Below, one piece after another: positions 41,937-56,602 of a stretch of 64,000 bases of DNA. The translations under genes were made by a program, and so were the position numbers. The notes beneath the pieces were generated by a model. That model did not search any database. It saw only the letters and a list, made by a program, of their open reading frames with translations, and was not told the origin of the DNA. The DNA comes from Paraspadella gotoi. Taxonomy: Eukaryota; Animalia; Chaetognatha. The stretch spans positions 18,934,628-18,998,627 of the forward strand of contig CM119263.1 in assembly GCA_051294375.1 (NCBI GenBank). Direction: 5' to 3'. Each line of letters begins with the position of its first letter. The stretch's first letter is position 1.

Positions 41937-42628
41937 TCATAAACAAACCCAAATAAGGACCAAAAAAAAAGAAATAAATAGGTGTGGGTGACACAAGCTA
42001 TCGTCTCCAGATTCCTGAAAGCAGAGAAAAAAAAACCTATCGAACGCACGTTTCCAATTTCTTCGAATTTCCGATTTAATCGTCCCATTTCTCTCGCGGA
42101 ATCTTCCCTCCTTTCATATCAAAGCCGAGATAACTTTTATCGCTTTTCCTCTAAAAAGCTTCGCCCGTTTTCACCCTCCGAGGGGGCGGGGGGGGACCGA
42201 GTTAAAACCACCCTTCGCCTTCCTACTTAAAATCCCACTCGACGACTTAATTTTTAGATGGAATCTTTTATGCGCATTTTTTAATATAAAAAAATAGAGA
42301 AGCTTAAACTTAAAGGATTTAGTCCTTTATTTCGATTTGCTCTATCAAATACGTAGTCTCAAATGTTCATATATTTCAAAAATAATTTTAAAAAAATTAC
42401 TTATGATTCCCTTGGATTTTCTTCGTTCGGCACCCGAACAAAATGTTATTTCCTTCTCAATTCTCATCCAATGATTCACCCAAATAGATCTCATTCCCTT
42501 TTCCCTACTTTCCTGCGCCACCGTCGATTTTCAAAGTTGAATTCATTTTATTACCTTCCCCACTGGGTTTTTTTATTTTGGAGGGTAAAGTGGAACCTTC
42601 TAAGGTTTATTCCCGTTTTCGATTTCTC

Positions 42629-42756
<128 letters not shown>

Positions 42757-43659
42757 CTTTCCTCTCCTCTCCACATTTCTGTCAAATACTGTACGTGTAT
42801 CTTTTTTTCTTTAATTTCCGCCTGTCTTTTTTTTTTCGGGTGAGGAGACCGAAGGATCAGTGATTTTTTATCGTCGTCATATAAACCAACTTTCACAAAA
42901 TTACGGTCACGCTAGGCGGCCACCGCAGCAGCAATGCCGCAGATGCAGCCGGGGAAACAACCACAGTTGCTCCGTGTCTGCAGTTTCCGAGATGGCGTCC
43001 CGAAACGTCAGTAAAAAAAAATAAGCATCTCTTCGTTCGGTGTCGAGAAAGAGACGGAAACTAGGGTTGAGAGAGATTTGTTCTTTACATTTAAAGTCCA
43101 GTCAAAATTCAAGGCATTATCGGAAAAATTCATTGTTAAATAAAAAAAAGCCCTGTTTTAGGGAGTTACAGGCAATGCCTCGCCCAAGCCTTTATTCCTG
43201 CTTCTGTCTTCCTTATTTTCTCTTTTACCACTTCCAGGAGGCGTACATCTAATAACGCCCCCTTCTGCCAGAAGATTTCACCTTTGCCCCAGCCTCAATC
43301 TCACGCCGCTTTTCTATTTTGCCTCAATGTTATCACTTTTGCTCGACTTGCGCCACTGACTTCGAGCCACCTCCCTCATCTTTGTCACTCCTTAGTCACC
43401 CATTCTCTTCCCCCACCCTTTGCCCCCCCACCCCTGCCTCCCTTACATCCATCGCCTCCAAAGTTGATGGCCACATTTTTTCGAATCGTTTCCTTGAAAA
43501 ATGTCGACGAAGCAAAAAATTAAGCGATAAATTTTTTTTCGAGAATCAGCCGCGCGGCGACTATCGCGTCGTAGTCATCGCCGATCCTTTTTTTTTAATC
43601 ATTTTTGTCTTTAATATTTGACAAAGCTTTGGGATAGAAGCTCCTGTCTTTTTCTATGA

Positions 43660-43895
43660 AATTGGTACAACCAATATAAAAATTATCCATTCATTTAATA
43701 AATAAGCTATCTTGCCCATGACTTTGGACCGGCTTTGGTGGTTTAGGCCTCCATCACTCTTACAAGATAATGACATCTCACAGTCTCGCTTATTCACTCC
43801 CAAAGTACCTGACTTCCTATCAATAAGTGGAATTATGTTTCAAAGAATGTTTCAATTGTAGGAAAAGACGACTCCCTGAAGTATTTGATCGGGGA
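43660..43895 (-). mobile_element. SINE-like repeat family copy
   Basis: Matches 24870-25050; 43805-43872 also matches the reverse complement of ~56536-56602. Confidence 0.6.
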
Positions 43896-44979
43896 ATACT
43901 ATATAGTACTCCGCCAGCACATCAAATACATGGAGCTGAATTTTATTGAGATTTTATGAATCTACTATTTTATACTTTTACAGTGTCGCAATCGTGAATC
44001 CTTTGGGGCCGCTTTGTATTCACCATACGGTTGGCTTTAACTTTTAGTACTTTCTTGAAAATTCTTAAATTTGAAGAAAGATAATATTGTTTGGAAGGAA
44101 ACCCCATCCCCTAACAATCTTTACTATTATCAATCAGCTAAAGAGTCAGTTCGCTTTCTTTCACTGCTCAGAAAGCCGTGTTTGTGTCATTTCCCCCACA
44201 AACAATCGATGGCGTCATCAGTGAAATTCGAGGTTTTCACTTTACGAGTTTTTGTCTCCTTTTCTGGTCTTCAAGAGAATTTCAGACAATTCCCCTTCTC
44301 TCCCTAAATTTTCTTCAATCTTTTTCTTTTCTAGTCTTTCTTCTCATTCCTCGACATCTCTCTACTTCCTTTAATTCCCATTTCTTCTATTATTTCCTCT
44401 CTTTACCTCGTCCTCCCACACATTTTCTCTTTCCTCTTCTTTTATTCTCATAACCCCCCCACGCTTTCTTCCTTTGCATTTCTTTACTTTTCTTACTTCC
44501 GCTAATTTGATTCCACGCGGTAAAAAAAAAAATATTAAAAATGAAATAGGGAGATTTCCTCCCTTCTTTTTTTTTTCCTCGGCGACAACGTTCTACACTC
44601 TACACTTTTTTAAAACCCTTTTCTCTTTCAATTCATTGTTTTCTTTCATTCTTCCCTTTTCTTTTTCCGTTTTTCATGCGCGTTGTAGAAAAATGACGAC
44701 AATGAAATTAAAACGTTAGGAAAAATTTTCAACGAAAAACAACTATGGTATTCAATCCTGATTTTCTCTGTTCGTCACATCTATCCAGTTTATGTTTTTT
44801 CTCGGCTTCATAGGTTCCAATTGGTTCCATCTCAGGCCTTTTTATCCATTTTAGTAGAAATGTTTTACGTCTTCTTTCCCCTTTTTTCCAGAGTTTTTTT
44901 TCCTATTGCTTTTCACGCTTTTCCATTTGATGTGATTCCCACTTGAGGGCGATATCGAGGTACTTGAGTGAGCGAGACC

Positions 44980-45018
<39 letters not shown>

Positions 45019-45637
45019 GGAAGAGAAAAAACGTTTAGCAATTTTGTCTAGGTCCTTCTGCCGACAGATTCCCTGGATGGTCATCAGCTTTGGCTTCTTC
45101 CAAAGTCTCTTTGGACTTCTTCTAATCTCGACTCGCGAAATGGTGGCAGAGTACGAGTGGTGAAACGAGGGTGGCGAATCACTGGTGATGGAATAGACGC
45201 CGGCGCAAAAGCCAACAAGACAGCCCTTGAAACTGTTATTGCACCGACATTAGACGATTGCATTCACCCTAATTTATCGCGGTATTCAATCGCTCACTTC
45301 AGTCAGCTCAATCGTAACAGTCAATAGCTCCAAATAAAAGCTACAGTTAATAACCTACGAGAGTCTCGTTCTTTCAGCTTTAAAATAGTCACATTTCCGC
45401 TATCGCCCCGCGAACAAAATGTTAAAAAATGTCTAAAACATTGTAAGGAACGTTATCTACGTTTGTCACATTATTTCCTTTCTGTTTTTTTACAGTCATT
45501 TTTACTTAAGAGTTTCTAATGCCTCCACCAGCGCCTCCTCGCCGCTTCCGACGCCACAGTCTCACTCGGAGCCTCCGCCAATTTCACGAGGAATGCTTTT
45601 TCCTTTTACCCGAATAACTCTTTGGTTTCTCGCTTGG

Positions 45638-45680
45638 ATCACGTGACTTTCACGGGGACGGATATTCATCGTCACGTGAT
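45638..45680. promoter_or_regulatory. Paired inverted E-boxes (TCACGTGA, CLEAR/USF/MITF-type)
   Basis: ATCACGTGAC...GTCACGTGAT about 23 bp apart, inside a CpG-rich patch. Confidence 0.35.
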
Positions 45681-46172
45681 TCTCGTCGAGGCGGATCTTT
45701 CGCGTGGTGAGATTCTCGTTCAAATCGAGTTGAGATGTCGGGCGGTTGTCAGTTGATGGGATTCAACAAAACTCATTTTTTTGAAATCTTTTTTCGATTT
45801 TTTCTTAATAGAAGGAGAAAGAAAATATTCCAAAACTGCTTTGACCAAATTCAACGTACGATAATTTATTTAATTGACGCAGTACAGTTGAAGTCGCGTC
45901 GAAAACAAACGATTTCCGAGAAATCAAGATGCGAATCTTGTAACTGAGGAAAACGAAGTCTGGTTAAAGACAAGAGAGTCGGAAGAAACTTTTGTTTCCG
46001 AGATTTTTCTGTTTTTCTTTACTTTCCAAATCCGTTCGTGCCTTTCGTCTTTGGGTTTCTTCCGTCAGTCTGTCTAGTTCATCCGTCCGTATTTTTCATC
46101 TGTCCGTTTTACCGCAGGAAAAAAAATAGGTTCGTCCTTTTTGCTTCGTCGCATCGAAAATATTAAGAGAAA

Positions 46173-46224
<52 letters not shown>

Positions 46225-46366
46225 CTCTCTCCTCTCTCTCTCCTCTCTCTCTTCTCTCTCTTCTCTCCTCTCTCTCCTCCTCTCTTCTCTCCCATCCCTT
46301 TTTACCCTCCATTTAACGGCTTTCTATCTTTTTTATTATGTCTTTTGGCCGCGTGTTTTTGTTGCC

Positions 46367-46463
<97 letters not shown>

Positions 46464-47271
46464 ACAAAGAGACTGCACCCTGCGAGTCGGTTTTTTAATG
46501 AAAATGCGCCGATGACGAATCGTTTCAAGTTTATTATTCGACGTCGTCGTTATTATCGTCGTCATCGTCATCATCTTCTTTTTTTTATTCGTCGTCGTCG
46601 TCTTCCCCCGGTTGTCGAGGAAAATTGCAAATGTTGCTGACGAAAAGAAGCAGCGTCACCCAACATTGAGTCTTTATTGCAAAGTCGTAAGGTTCACCGA
46701 GTCTATTTATATCTGGATACGACCAACGTAAATCGAGGACGAGAAACGAATTGCCGAACGTCCAAACGTGAGCCACGTCGGAATTTCCAATTTCTTTATT
46801 CAACGGTTAAAAATCTAAAATAAAATAAATGAACGAATATTTTTGACTATTATTTTAATTGATTTACTGGGTTTTCTTTTCGTCGTTTTTTCTCTCTCCT
46901 CATTTCCCTTTTATTTTTAAAAAATCAATTATATTCCGATTATTTCTCGCGAGCGTGGATGCTGCCCTCTGGCGAGATTCTGCTTAGCCACTCTCACTTC
47001 CCTTTTTTTTTTCCTCTATTTTTTCCTATTTTTAGTCCTTTTTTTTTCTGTTAATATTTTCGTAGTTTTTTTTAAATCTCTTTCTTTTCTTTCTTTTCCT
47101 TCTTTCCCTCGTTTCTTCTATTTGTTGCCATTGGATTTCGCTCCCGTTTCTTTTCTGCTTCCGGGCAAACATTCAACTTTGCTTTTTCGTCCTCGTCATA
47201 GTCGTTGTCGTCATCGTCGTCATCATCGTTGTCATAGTTAAAATTTTACGCTCACGAGCGCCGATTCAGCG

Positions 47272-47328
<57 letters not shown>

Positions 47329-48195
47329 GGAGAGAGAGAGAGAGAGAGAGAAACTTGAATCATAATTCATAAGCCGAATTTTTTTATAAAAAGTAGAATT
47401 GGGAATCAAAATTCAATATTCGTGAAAGCCTCCTCTCACCTGCGGTTCCTTGTCACGTCTTGTTTTTTATTTCCCCTCAATTTTGTCATTCATAACGAAA
47501 CAACGATCTGCGGAGTTTTTTTTTAAATCGTTAAAATGTATATATATGGTTTGTTTACAATTATTTTAAAATCACAATTTTTGGATATGATGTATCATTT
47601 ATTTAGCTCCTAAGTCCTAACCTTACAAACATACCAATATTTGAAAAATAAAAAGTACATTTTCAGCTTCGAAAATTTTCTCCTTAAACGTTTTCCTTGT
47701 GTATAAATTTTGTCAGAGATTTAACAGCAACCTGTTGCAACCATATTAACGTAACGTGAACTAATCTTATATTTCTAAAATATTCTTCGAGATATATACC
47801 TGGTTCAACACCCTTCTCTCCCGAACACGCAACGTTCCTCGTGTCGTCGCGTTATATTAGTTCCGCACTGTAAATTTCTGCTCGGAAATGGTGTTTACGG
47901 TAGCCTCCACGCCCGAAGGCTTTCCTGGGTTTCTGTTTATTCTTCGAGACGAACGACTTCTCTCTTCCGCCGACTTGAGTTTCTCATTCTTCTCTTCTCT
48001 TCCATTCTTCTTCTCTTTTCTCCTCTCTATTTTTCTTCTCTCAAGTTCTCTTCTCTTTCTTTTACTTTTCTCAGCTAATCCCGGTTAGAGAGACCCATAT
48101 TAGACAGGTTTTCCAACGCCTACGATTCTTTTGGGGAAACTGGAATTTCATCTCTTCCTCCTCGTATTTCGTTTCTCCCATTGTTTCCCTTTGTC

Positions 48196-48236
<41 letters not shown>

Positions 48237-48796
48237 CTCCCTTTGCTTTACTTTCCTTTTCTTTGCACCCACTCACGCTTCAGCGACTCCTTCTGTCTTC
48301 AGTGGCAACTTTTGCTTTCGGTTGGCCGACTGATTTTGAACGTCGATTGCGTTTGTCTTTGATGCTTCGATGAATTTCTATTTAGTTTTCCAGACACCGT
48401 CGAGGTTTGGAATCGAGTTGATAGTTATTAATATCGTGATAAGGCAATACTCGTCCTTGGTCCTTTAACTTTGAATAAAGCTTTCTTTAATTCTATTTTT
48501 ACTTCTTAAATTTTCCTCTCGTGAAATCTTACTGTTTAACGTTCATTTTGCGTAATTGACAGGCTAAGGAAATATAAATATAAATAAATAATATAAATAA
48601 ATTCGGGTTTTTTCTTTTTCAACAATAGATTTTCCATCAAAATCGTAAAAGAAAAGAAAGGATGAAGAAAAGAGGAGAAAAATTTATGTCCCATTTTTGC
48701 TTTCTTCTCATTTTAGATTCGCTTTATCTTCATCTACGCCGAACCTTTTTTTCTCTTCTCTCTTTTTCTATCTGTCTGTCTGTTTCTTTCTGTCTT

Positions 48797-48862
<66 letters not shown>

Positions 48863-48986
48863 CAAAAGACAATAGAGAATTTCACATTACTGACCATAAA
48901 AAAAAGAACTAGGGGGCAATGGAAATAACAACAACAAACAGGATTGTGTTATTAGTCAGAAGTCCGGCTCCCCTCTACGATTGGAG

Positions 48987-49022
<36 letters not shown>

Positions 49023-51715
49023 GAGAGAGAGAGAGAGAGAGAGAGAGCAGAATACAAGTAGGAAAATAACGATGACGACAACAACACCAGTAATGGATCC
49101 TTGAGGCGAAGCTCTATTTTGAAAGAGAAAAGCCGCCAACGCCGACGCCGCCGCCGACGCCGCCTCCTACCCCGCCGACGCCGCCTCCTACGCCGCCAAC
49201 GCCGCCAATAGCGACGGCAATCGCCAAGATGAATGCCCGTGTTCAGCCTGAATCATTGCGAGCAGAAGAGGGGAGATTCTGGTTTACGTCGTCGATGTGT
49301 TGGCGCTGATGCAATCACGAGACGAGAGAAGATTTGGCGTTAACTTTGCAGATTAATTTAATTACTTGCCCCACTTACAAACTGACTAACGGATCGAAAA
49401 GTCTGTCAGTCTGTTGTCCATTAAATGACGCACTTTTTCGAAGGTTAAATAGTTTGGACAAATAACCAATTTCTCTATCTCTCTTTTTTTTTTTCTATCT
49501 CTCCCTCCACGCCTTCTATCTCTCATTCTTTCTCATTTCCCTGGCANNNNNNNNNNCCTTCTATCTCTCATTCTCTCTCATTTCCCTGGCAAAGATGCGG
49601 GATTTTATCCCTTTTTCCCTGTCATGAGTCCCTTTTTTTCAATTCCCCTTTCGCGCCGACAAGGGGGCAGAGGTCAAAGGTCACGAAAAGGTGTTTGACT
49701 GTTTGCCCATAAAAGATTTATCGGATTATCGAAGCGTGGGGGGGGGAAGCTAATGAAAACAGAGACTGGGGATAAAAGGGGAAAGAAAAGGCGTGAGGTT
49801 TGGGTTCTGTGGAGTGAGAGAGGGAGAATGAGAGAAAGGGAGAGAGAGAAAGAGAGGGAGAGATAGAATTTAAACCATTCAATGGCTACTTCGATAAAAA
49901 TTGGCAAAAGGAAGCACTGGAACATGACCTCTCACATAGCGGTATTTGAAAAGATTTTTTACATTGGTTACTAAAACGAATTATTTAAAGACAAGAATAT
50001 TTTTAGGGCCCGTGTTTCAGTGTACGTAATATTTACCGGTTGAAACTTTTAATATCACTTATCCTAATGATCCTTTAAAAGCTAAAGCCCCTTAAAAGTC
50101 TCAATTAAATAAAAGACCGCATGAAAATTGGTGGGAAATTAGTTCCGGTTTCTGCGGTCAGGTCATTTGTCTCCGCCGGGTTTTTAAGAGGCCTTCTTTT
50201 TCTACCTCCTCATTCCCTTTCCACACTTCCCTTTCTTTCCATATCAATCTTTCGCTTCCTTTATTTTTCTCTCTTGACTCTTTTCTCTCCTTAACTTTTT
50301 TTCTTTCTTTTTCGATTTCAGCTTCTTCTTTTTTCCGACGGACCTAGAAAGTTGCGCTTCTCGCTCCTTTCATCGATTGGTAGGGTACATTGTAGTGACT
50401 AGTAAATAACCAATTATCGATATTTTACTAAAATATTGCTTTCAATTCTACAATTTATTTTTATTTAATTAATTAAACTTTTTTTTATTTTTCTATTTCG
50501 TTACCCTCTTCCTCCTGATCCTCTTTAAAATCTCAAATCCTGTTTCTCTTCCACGACCTCTTCGTCTCACCCCTTCTCCCTTTCTCGTTGTCTTCTTCTC
50601 TCTTTCTAACTCTTACTTCCTCCTTCTCCTCCTCCTTCCTCCCTCTTTCCTCCCTCCTCCCTCCTCCCTCCTCCCTCTCCTCCCCCGACCGGATGTTGAT
50701 TTTCGCTTCGTCGAGGGAATTGCGCTTTCGACGTCGTTGTTGGTGAGATCCTTCGACGAGGGTAAAGCAAAGGTTCACGCCTTCTTTCTTTCCTTTTCCT
50801 CCTTATTTTCTATCTTCCTCCAGGTTCTGAAAGGGTTTTTGTGAATGTAAAGTTTATGGGCCCGCAGGTAAAAAAATTATGCATAACATCCAGTCACGCA
50901 CGAAAGTGATGAAGAATTTAATATATTTTGGAGTCGAAACATCAACGAATAAAAAGCGCTGCGCCATTATTTCGTCGGCGTCACACCGGGCGGCTGCGAA
51001 GGCTCTCCTTTTGTCTCAACTGACTGGTCTGCCCAAGTCGACGCCGCGACCGCCGCTCTGCTGCCGCTCTGCTGCCGCGCCGCTGACGCTGTCTTCTTTC
51101 GCTCGGCATCCAACGAGCATCAAAGGAGAAACTCCCGCGATAAAACGAGAAAAAACCCTCGTTCTACATTTAGGTGCCAAAACAAAAAAAACGGCTCTTT
51201 CTCTCTCTATCTTTATTTTTTTCTCGGCGTCTTTGCTTTCATATACCGTACAGTCCGTACATATTGGAACTGTCATTGGGAATGAAAATGTAAAGCTGAA
51301 TTTATTGGGCCAACAATTTACGAACGAAAAAGTTTATACCGCTTATGCAAAAGGTTTTTTTTTTTTCATTTCGCTTTCCGATATTCAGGCTCGATCGCTT
51401 CTGCGTTCATGTTCACTCCCGTTTTTTTGCGCTTGCGCTCTGTCCTCTTTTTTAAATCTGATTTCGAGAAAAAAAAATTCGTGAGAATTCGCCAGAATTT
51501 CGTGATTCTATTTTTTTCTGGTAAAAAAGCAGAAGGAGTGAGTAAGTGCGCGAGTGAAAGGGGATAGCGACTCGCATTCGGCGAGCGGTGAAGAATATCA
51601 GTGATTTATAGTGAACGTTATGATTTTTCTACTTCAACTGACTTTTTTTCCGTTCATCCTTGGCTTCACTTTCCAGCGTTTCCAATCTGTTTCAGTCTCT
51701 GCGTCCAACCTTTTT

Positions 51716-51980
51716 GGTCGGTCTGTCGGTCGGTCGATCGGTCTGTCCCACTTACGTTAAAAATACTCATAAGTTGGTTGCACATTTGTTAAGATAGAAA
51801 AAAACCTCAAACCTGCTAGCCCCGCCTTCTGATTCAGTGCAAGTCATAATTACACGGGTTAATAAAATTATTGTAGTCATGTAGTCTTGTCTTGTCACGT
51901 CATGTGATGTTACGAGAAATGCACGTGATAAGGCAGTTACTACGGCGCAACATATTTGAATTACCGTTCTTGTTTTTTTC
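51716..51980 (-). mobile_element. Helentron/DINE-1-like element, inverted copy of 28285-28563
   Basis: Reverse complement reads aaaacaagaacggtaattc...gcgccg.agt.act...cacgtg...cccgtgta.ttatgac.tgcactg...gaggtttttt..tcttaac.aatg.gcaaccaact...gggacagaccga. Confidence 0.65.
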
Positions 51981-52239
51981 TTAAGAGCAACTAATAATAT
52001 TTTTCTTGAATAAAATCTGACTTGTATGTCTTATAAAGGTGGAAAATATATGTTTCTTATCATCGTTTTCTTTCCTTTTTTCTTTTTTTTTCTTTTCCTT
52101 TATTTAGAATGCTTCGAAATGGAATCCTTTAGTTCATTTCAAATGCGTCTTCTTTATAGAAGATAAATAAAAAATAAAAAATACCTTCATCCCGAATTCG
52201 AAAACCTGTCAGATCTTCATAAGAGTCATCGCAAACACC

Positions 52240-52331
<92 letters not shown>

Positions 52332-52926
52332 TCTTCCAACTCCTCTCCATTCTTTTCTTTCGCATAAATAAATGCAAAAAAATGCTTCACATGAAAGATT
52401 ACTATAATAGATTAAAAAACAAAGTTGAAAAAAAAGGTGATTTGGCTCAATGTTTTTCTTTTCCATTTTCAATTAACTTTTCCATTTATCCTCTTAAGTT
52501 TTCAAGCTTTTCTCAGTTTTCTGAGTTAACGCTTCCCCTTTTCAGTGAAGAAAGCCTGTTTCAATAATTGTATTCATATTGAATATTCAACGATAAGTTA
52601 AGTACGCTTAATTTGCAGACCGACGGATAGCCTTTTCTCTTTTTTTTNNNNNNNNNNNNNNNNNNNNNNNNNAAAATATATTTCTTGAATCATCCGCTCA
52701 TAAAGAGTTACTACTATTTACGGCAATAATTTATTTATTTATTATTTTATGTTTTTGGAAAGAGTCGGAAATGATAGCTTTTGGCGTTGAAAACATATTT
52801 TTTCAACATTTGCCATGTTTGGTAGCCAGTACACAAAGAGAAATCTGGAAAAAATGAATAATCACTTTCGATTGTTCGAAAAATAAAAAATGCTTCTGCG
52901 CCTTATTAAGGAGGAGAGAGAGAGAA

Positions 52927-52972
<46 letters not shown>

Positions 52973-53269
52973 AGGAGAGAGAGGAGGGGAGGAGAGAGAG
53001 AGAGAGGAGAGAGACAAAACACAACCTTCACGGATGGAGAATAAGCTAAATCTTGATCTTGATAACCATCAAATAAACAATTAGAACGAAGAATACTTAC
53101 AGAAAATTGTGAAGGGAAAAACGACGACGACAAAGTGACCGACGACAACGGGGTACAACCGCCGTCCGAAAGTGTTGTTGTTTGTTCGTTTTACAGGGAG
53201 CCGCTTTGTCTAAGAAGTTTTACTTACGACCGCCAGAGGCAGAAAGGGGAAAGAGTTGTAGGGAATGGG

Positions 53270-54030
53270 ACGGAGATTGGAGGAATGAAAGGGGAAAGGG
53301 GAGGGGAAAGGGAGATGGGGTGGAGGAGGAGAGAGAGAAAAAGAATGGAATAAGAGGAGGGAGGGTAAAGGGAAAGGAGAAGAATGGAAGAAAGGGAAAA
53401 TGAGGAGGAAAGGGAAAAGGATAATGGAAAAGAGGGAAGGAAAGGAAGTGAGGAGAGAAAAGTAGGAGGAAGGGAAGAGTGGGAGAAAGCGAAGAGGAAG
53501 GAAGAATGAGAATGGAAAGGGAAAGGAAGAAGAAGAGGAGGAAGGGAAATGAGGAGGAGGAAAGGAATGGAAAAGTGAGAGAAGAAAGGGAAAAGGAGAA
53601 GAAAAGAGGAGGAAAGGGAAATGGGGAGGAGAAAGGAAAGGAGTAGGAAAGGGAAGGGAGCGGAAAGGAAGGAAATGGGAGTAATGGAAAGTGAGAGGAA
53701 AGGAAAGGGGAGGAATGAAACTGAGAGGAAATGGAAAAAAATGAGGAAAGGAGAAAGGAAGAGAGGAAGGGAGGGAAAGGAAATGGGGAGGAAATCGAAA
53801 GGGGACGTAAATTAAACAGAGAGGAAATGGAAAAAAAAAGAGAAATGGAAAAGGGGAGGTAATAAAAAGTAAGGAATGGAAAAGAGAGAAAATGGAAAAG
53901 TGGAAGAAACTGAAAGGGTAGATAAGGAAAAGGGCGGCGTAGAAAAAATTAAAAGAAATTGAAAAGAGGAGGAGTGAAAAAGAGGAAAGAAAGAAAAAAG
54001 GAAGAAAGGACAAGGAAGGAATAAAGTAGA
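53270..54030 (+). repeat. ~750-bp polypurine low-complexity tract
   Basis: Almost exclusively G/A. Confidence 0.9.
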
Positions 54031-54557
54031 TAGAATAATAATACATGTTTCGTTTGCGAAAAACTCGCCCAGCGGTTGCGTTCGCGCTGTTTATCGTTAC
54101 AGTTCTCCTTTGAACTCTCCTTGTATTTTCTTTCTTTTTTCATTCTTTTTATTCTAGTTTTTTTCTTTCTTTCATTCTTTCTTCTTTCTTTCTTTCTTTC
54201 TTCTTTCTTTCTTTCTTTCTTTCTTCTTCTTTCTTTCTTTCTTCTTTCTTTCTTCTTTCTTTCTTTCTTTTTTTTCATTGATTTGTTTCGACTGGTATTT
54301 TGTTTCTGCCCTTCCCTCGACCACTTTTGAAAAAAAAAACAACCGAAAAAACACAAAAAAAAAAAAAATAAAATAAAATAGAGCAGAAGGTAAAGCGAAA
54401 AAGGCGGAAAAATAATATATGGTTCGTTTCGTTGGGAAATTGGCCATTACTGTCAAAATCGACCTGTGTGGAACAAAGTATAATTAAAAAAAATAAAATT
54501 TCGTCAAAACGTTTGATCTTCTGTTTTGAAGAATTATATACGACAAGAAGGAAACAA

Positions 54558-54830
54558 AGAGAAGAAGAACGAATTCAAATCAAAACCAGGACCAGATAAA
54601 TAAAGAAGAACCAATCAAGAAGAGACCAATCAAATAAAAAAGAAGAATCATATCCAATCAAGAAGAAGAATTAATCAAATGCAAAACAAGGAACGATATC
54701 AAATCAAAAAGAAGAACGCAATCAAGAATAAGAACTAATCAAATCAAAACAAGAACAAGAACAAATCAAAAAAGAGAACAAATCAAAAAAAGAAGAACAA
54801 TCAAGAAGAGGAAGAAATCAAATCAAAAAG
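54558..54830 (+). repeat. Degenerate A-rich minisatellite (AATCAA(ATC)AAGAAGAA)
   Basis: Recurring aatcaa/gaagaa units about every 16-20 bp. Confidence 0.75.
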
Positions 54831-55233
54831 TTGGGGGGAAAAAAAAAGAAACAGTTCGAATTTGAACGATAAATCTTGACTGACTTCCCCGCCCCCACAC
54901 ACACAAGAACCAAAAGCTGTTTACTTAAAAACATTTATTTATGTAGGAGACTCTGAGTTCCTTTGACCTTGTTATCGTCGTTTCACTCATTTCATAGAAG
55001 TTGCATCCGTGATTACGTGAACAGATGTCGACGCAAAAGAATTTCAAAAACAATCAACGAAAATATGAATTAACTGGTTCCTCGGGCGAGGATGAGAGTG
55101 ATGAGAGAGAAGAGATGTGAGAGAGAGAGAGAGAGAGAGAGATGAGGAGGAGAGAGAGAGGGAATTCTCTTAATCTTTGCCTTTTCTTTATCTATTTTTT
55201 TCCTTCTATAATTTCTTTCTTTCTTTCTTCTTT

Positions 55234-55265
<32 letters not shown>

Positions 55266-55269
55266 TTCT

Positions 55270-55305
<36 letters not shown>

Positions 55306-55490
55306 TTTCTTTTTTATATTTTTTCTTTCTTTCTTCTCACTTAACATTTTTCTCTATCTTCTTACTCGAGGTTGTTTCTTCTTCTCCATTTTCCTTGTTT
55401 CAAAACCTTTGCTTGCAAATGTAATATGAGCGTCCTTTCCCCAAGGAATACCAATTCCTCTCCTCTCTTCTCTCTCTCTCTCTCTTCTCT

Positions 55491-55530
<40 letters not shown>

Positions 55531-56389
55531 TCTTTCTCTGTGTATTCCGCCACAGGTTCAATTTTCGTTGCTGATAAAAGCTTTCGTTATTAAATTTACT
55601 CTTTTTTTTATGTTATCATCTTTCGGCTTCCCTTTTCGCAAACAGGAAACGGCACGAATGTCCCCATCTCATTCCTGCGGGAGAATAGAGAGAGGAGAGA
55701 GACCGAGAGAGAGAGGAGGAGGAGAGAGGAGCAGAGAGAGAGATGAGAGAAGGAGGAGGAAAGAGAGGAGAGAGAGTGAGGAGAGAGAGGAGAGGACACT
55801 CTCCCTGTCCTCGTCTTTCGCCCCATCATCGCAGGCTTCCTTCTAATAGCGACTTTTCAACCACAAAAATGAAACAACATTGAGAAGGAGAAAAGAAAAG
55901 GTCGGGAAGGGAAAGATGTTGGGAGGAAGAGACAGAAGAGAGGAGAAGAGGAAAGAACGAGAGGGGAGAGAGAGATGAGGGGAGAAGAGAGGAGAGATAA
56001 AAGGAAAGAAGCCAGAAGAGAGACACAGAGGAGAGAGTCTCTTCTGTCAGCCGGGGTTCCAAGAGACTGATTGGTTGTTAGAAGGGTCATCCTTCTTTGG
56101 CCAGTTCTCTCTTCCTCTCTCTCTCTCTCTCTCTCTCTTACTTCTCTCTCTCTCTCTTCCTCTTTCTCTCTCTCTCTCTCTCTCTCTCGGCTCTCTCCTC
56201 TCTCTCTCTCTCTTTATCTTTCGTTTTCTTTAAAAATTAAACGCAGGAAAACTTGTTTTTTCTCTTCGGCTTTGGAAAGCAAGTTTTTTTTTTTGCTCGT
56301 TTTTTTCCAAACATTGGGTTTCACCGAATCTGCATAATGTTCTGGTCTCAGAAGCACATGGGTTTGGGTTTGTCCAGTTGGACTAAAAA

Positions 56390-56602
56390 AATTAATAAAG
56401 CTATTTAATTAATGAATGAATAATTTTATATTGGTTGTACCCAATTTCACGGGAAATTTCAGCTCTCTTGTATTTTGATCTAGGTGCGGACAGTACAAAA
56501 GGTATTCCCGATCTGCCTAATACCTGCCTTTTAAAGTATGGTCTTTTCATAACAAATTGAAACATCTCTGAATATTTCACTCATGATAGAAGCAAGTTAC
56601 TC
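56390..56602 (+). mobile_element. Rearranged fragments of the SINE-like family
   Basis: aatgaatgaataattttatattggttgtacccaattt is the reverse complement of ~43660-43697. Confidence 0.5.

Noticed and set aside
49512-49591. 35-bp direct repeat flanking a 10-N gap
   Set aside because: Unmerged contig overlap artefact.
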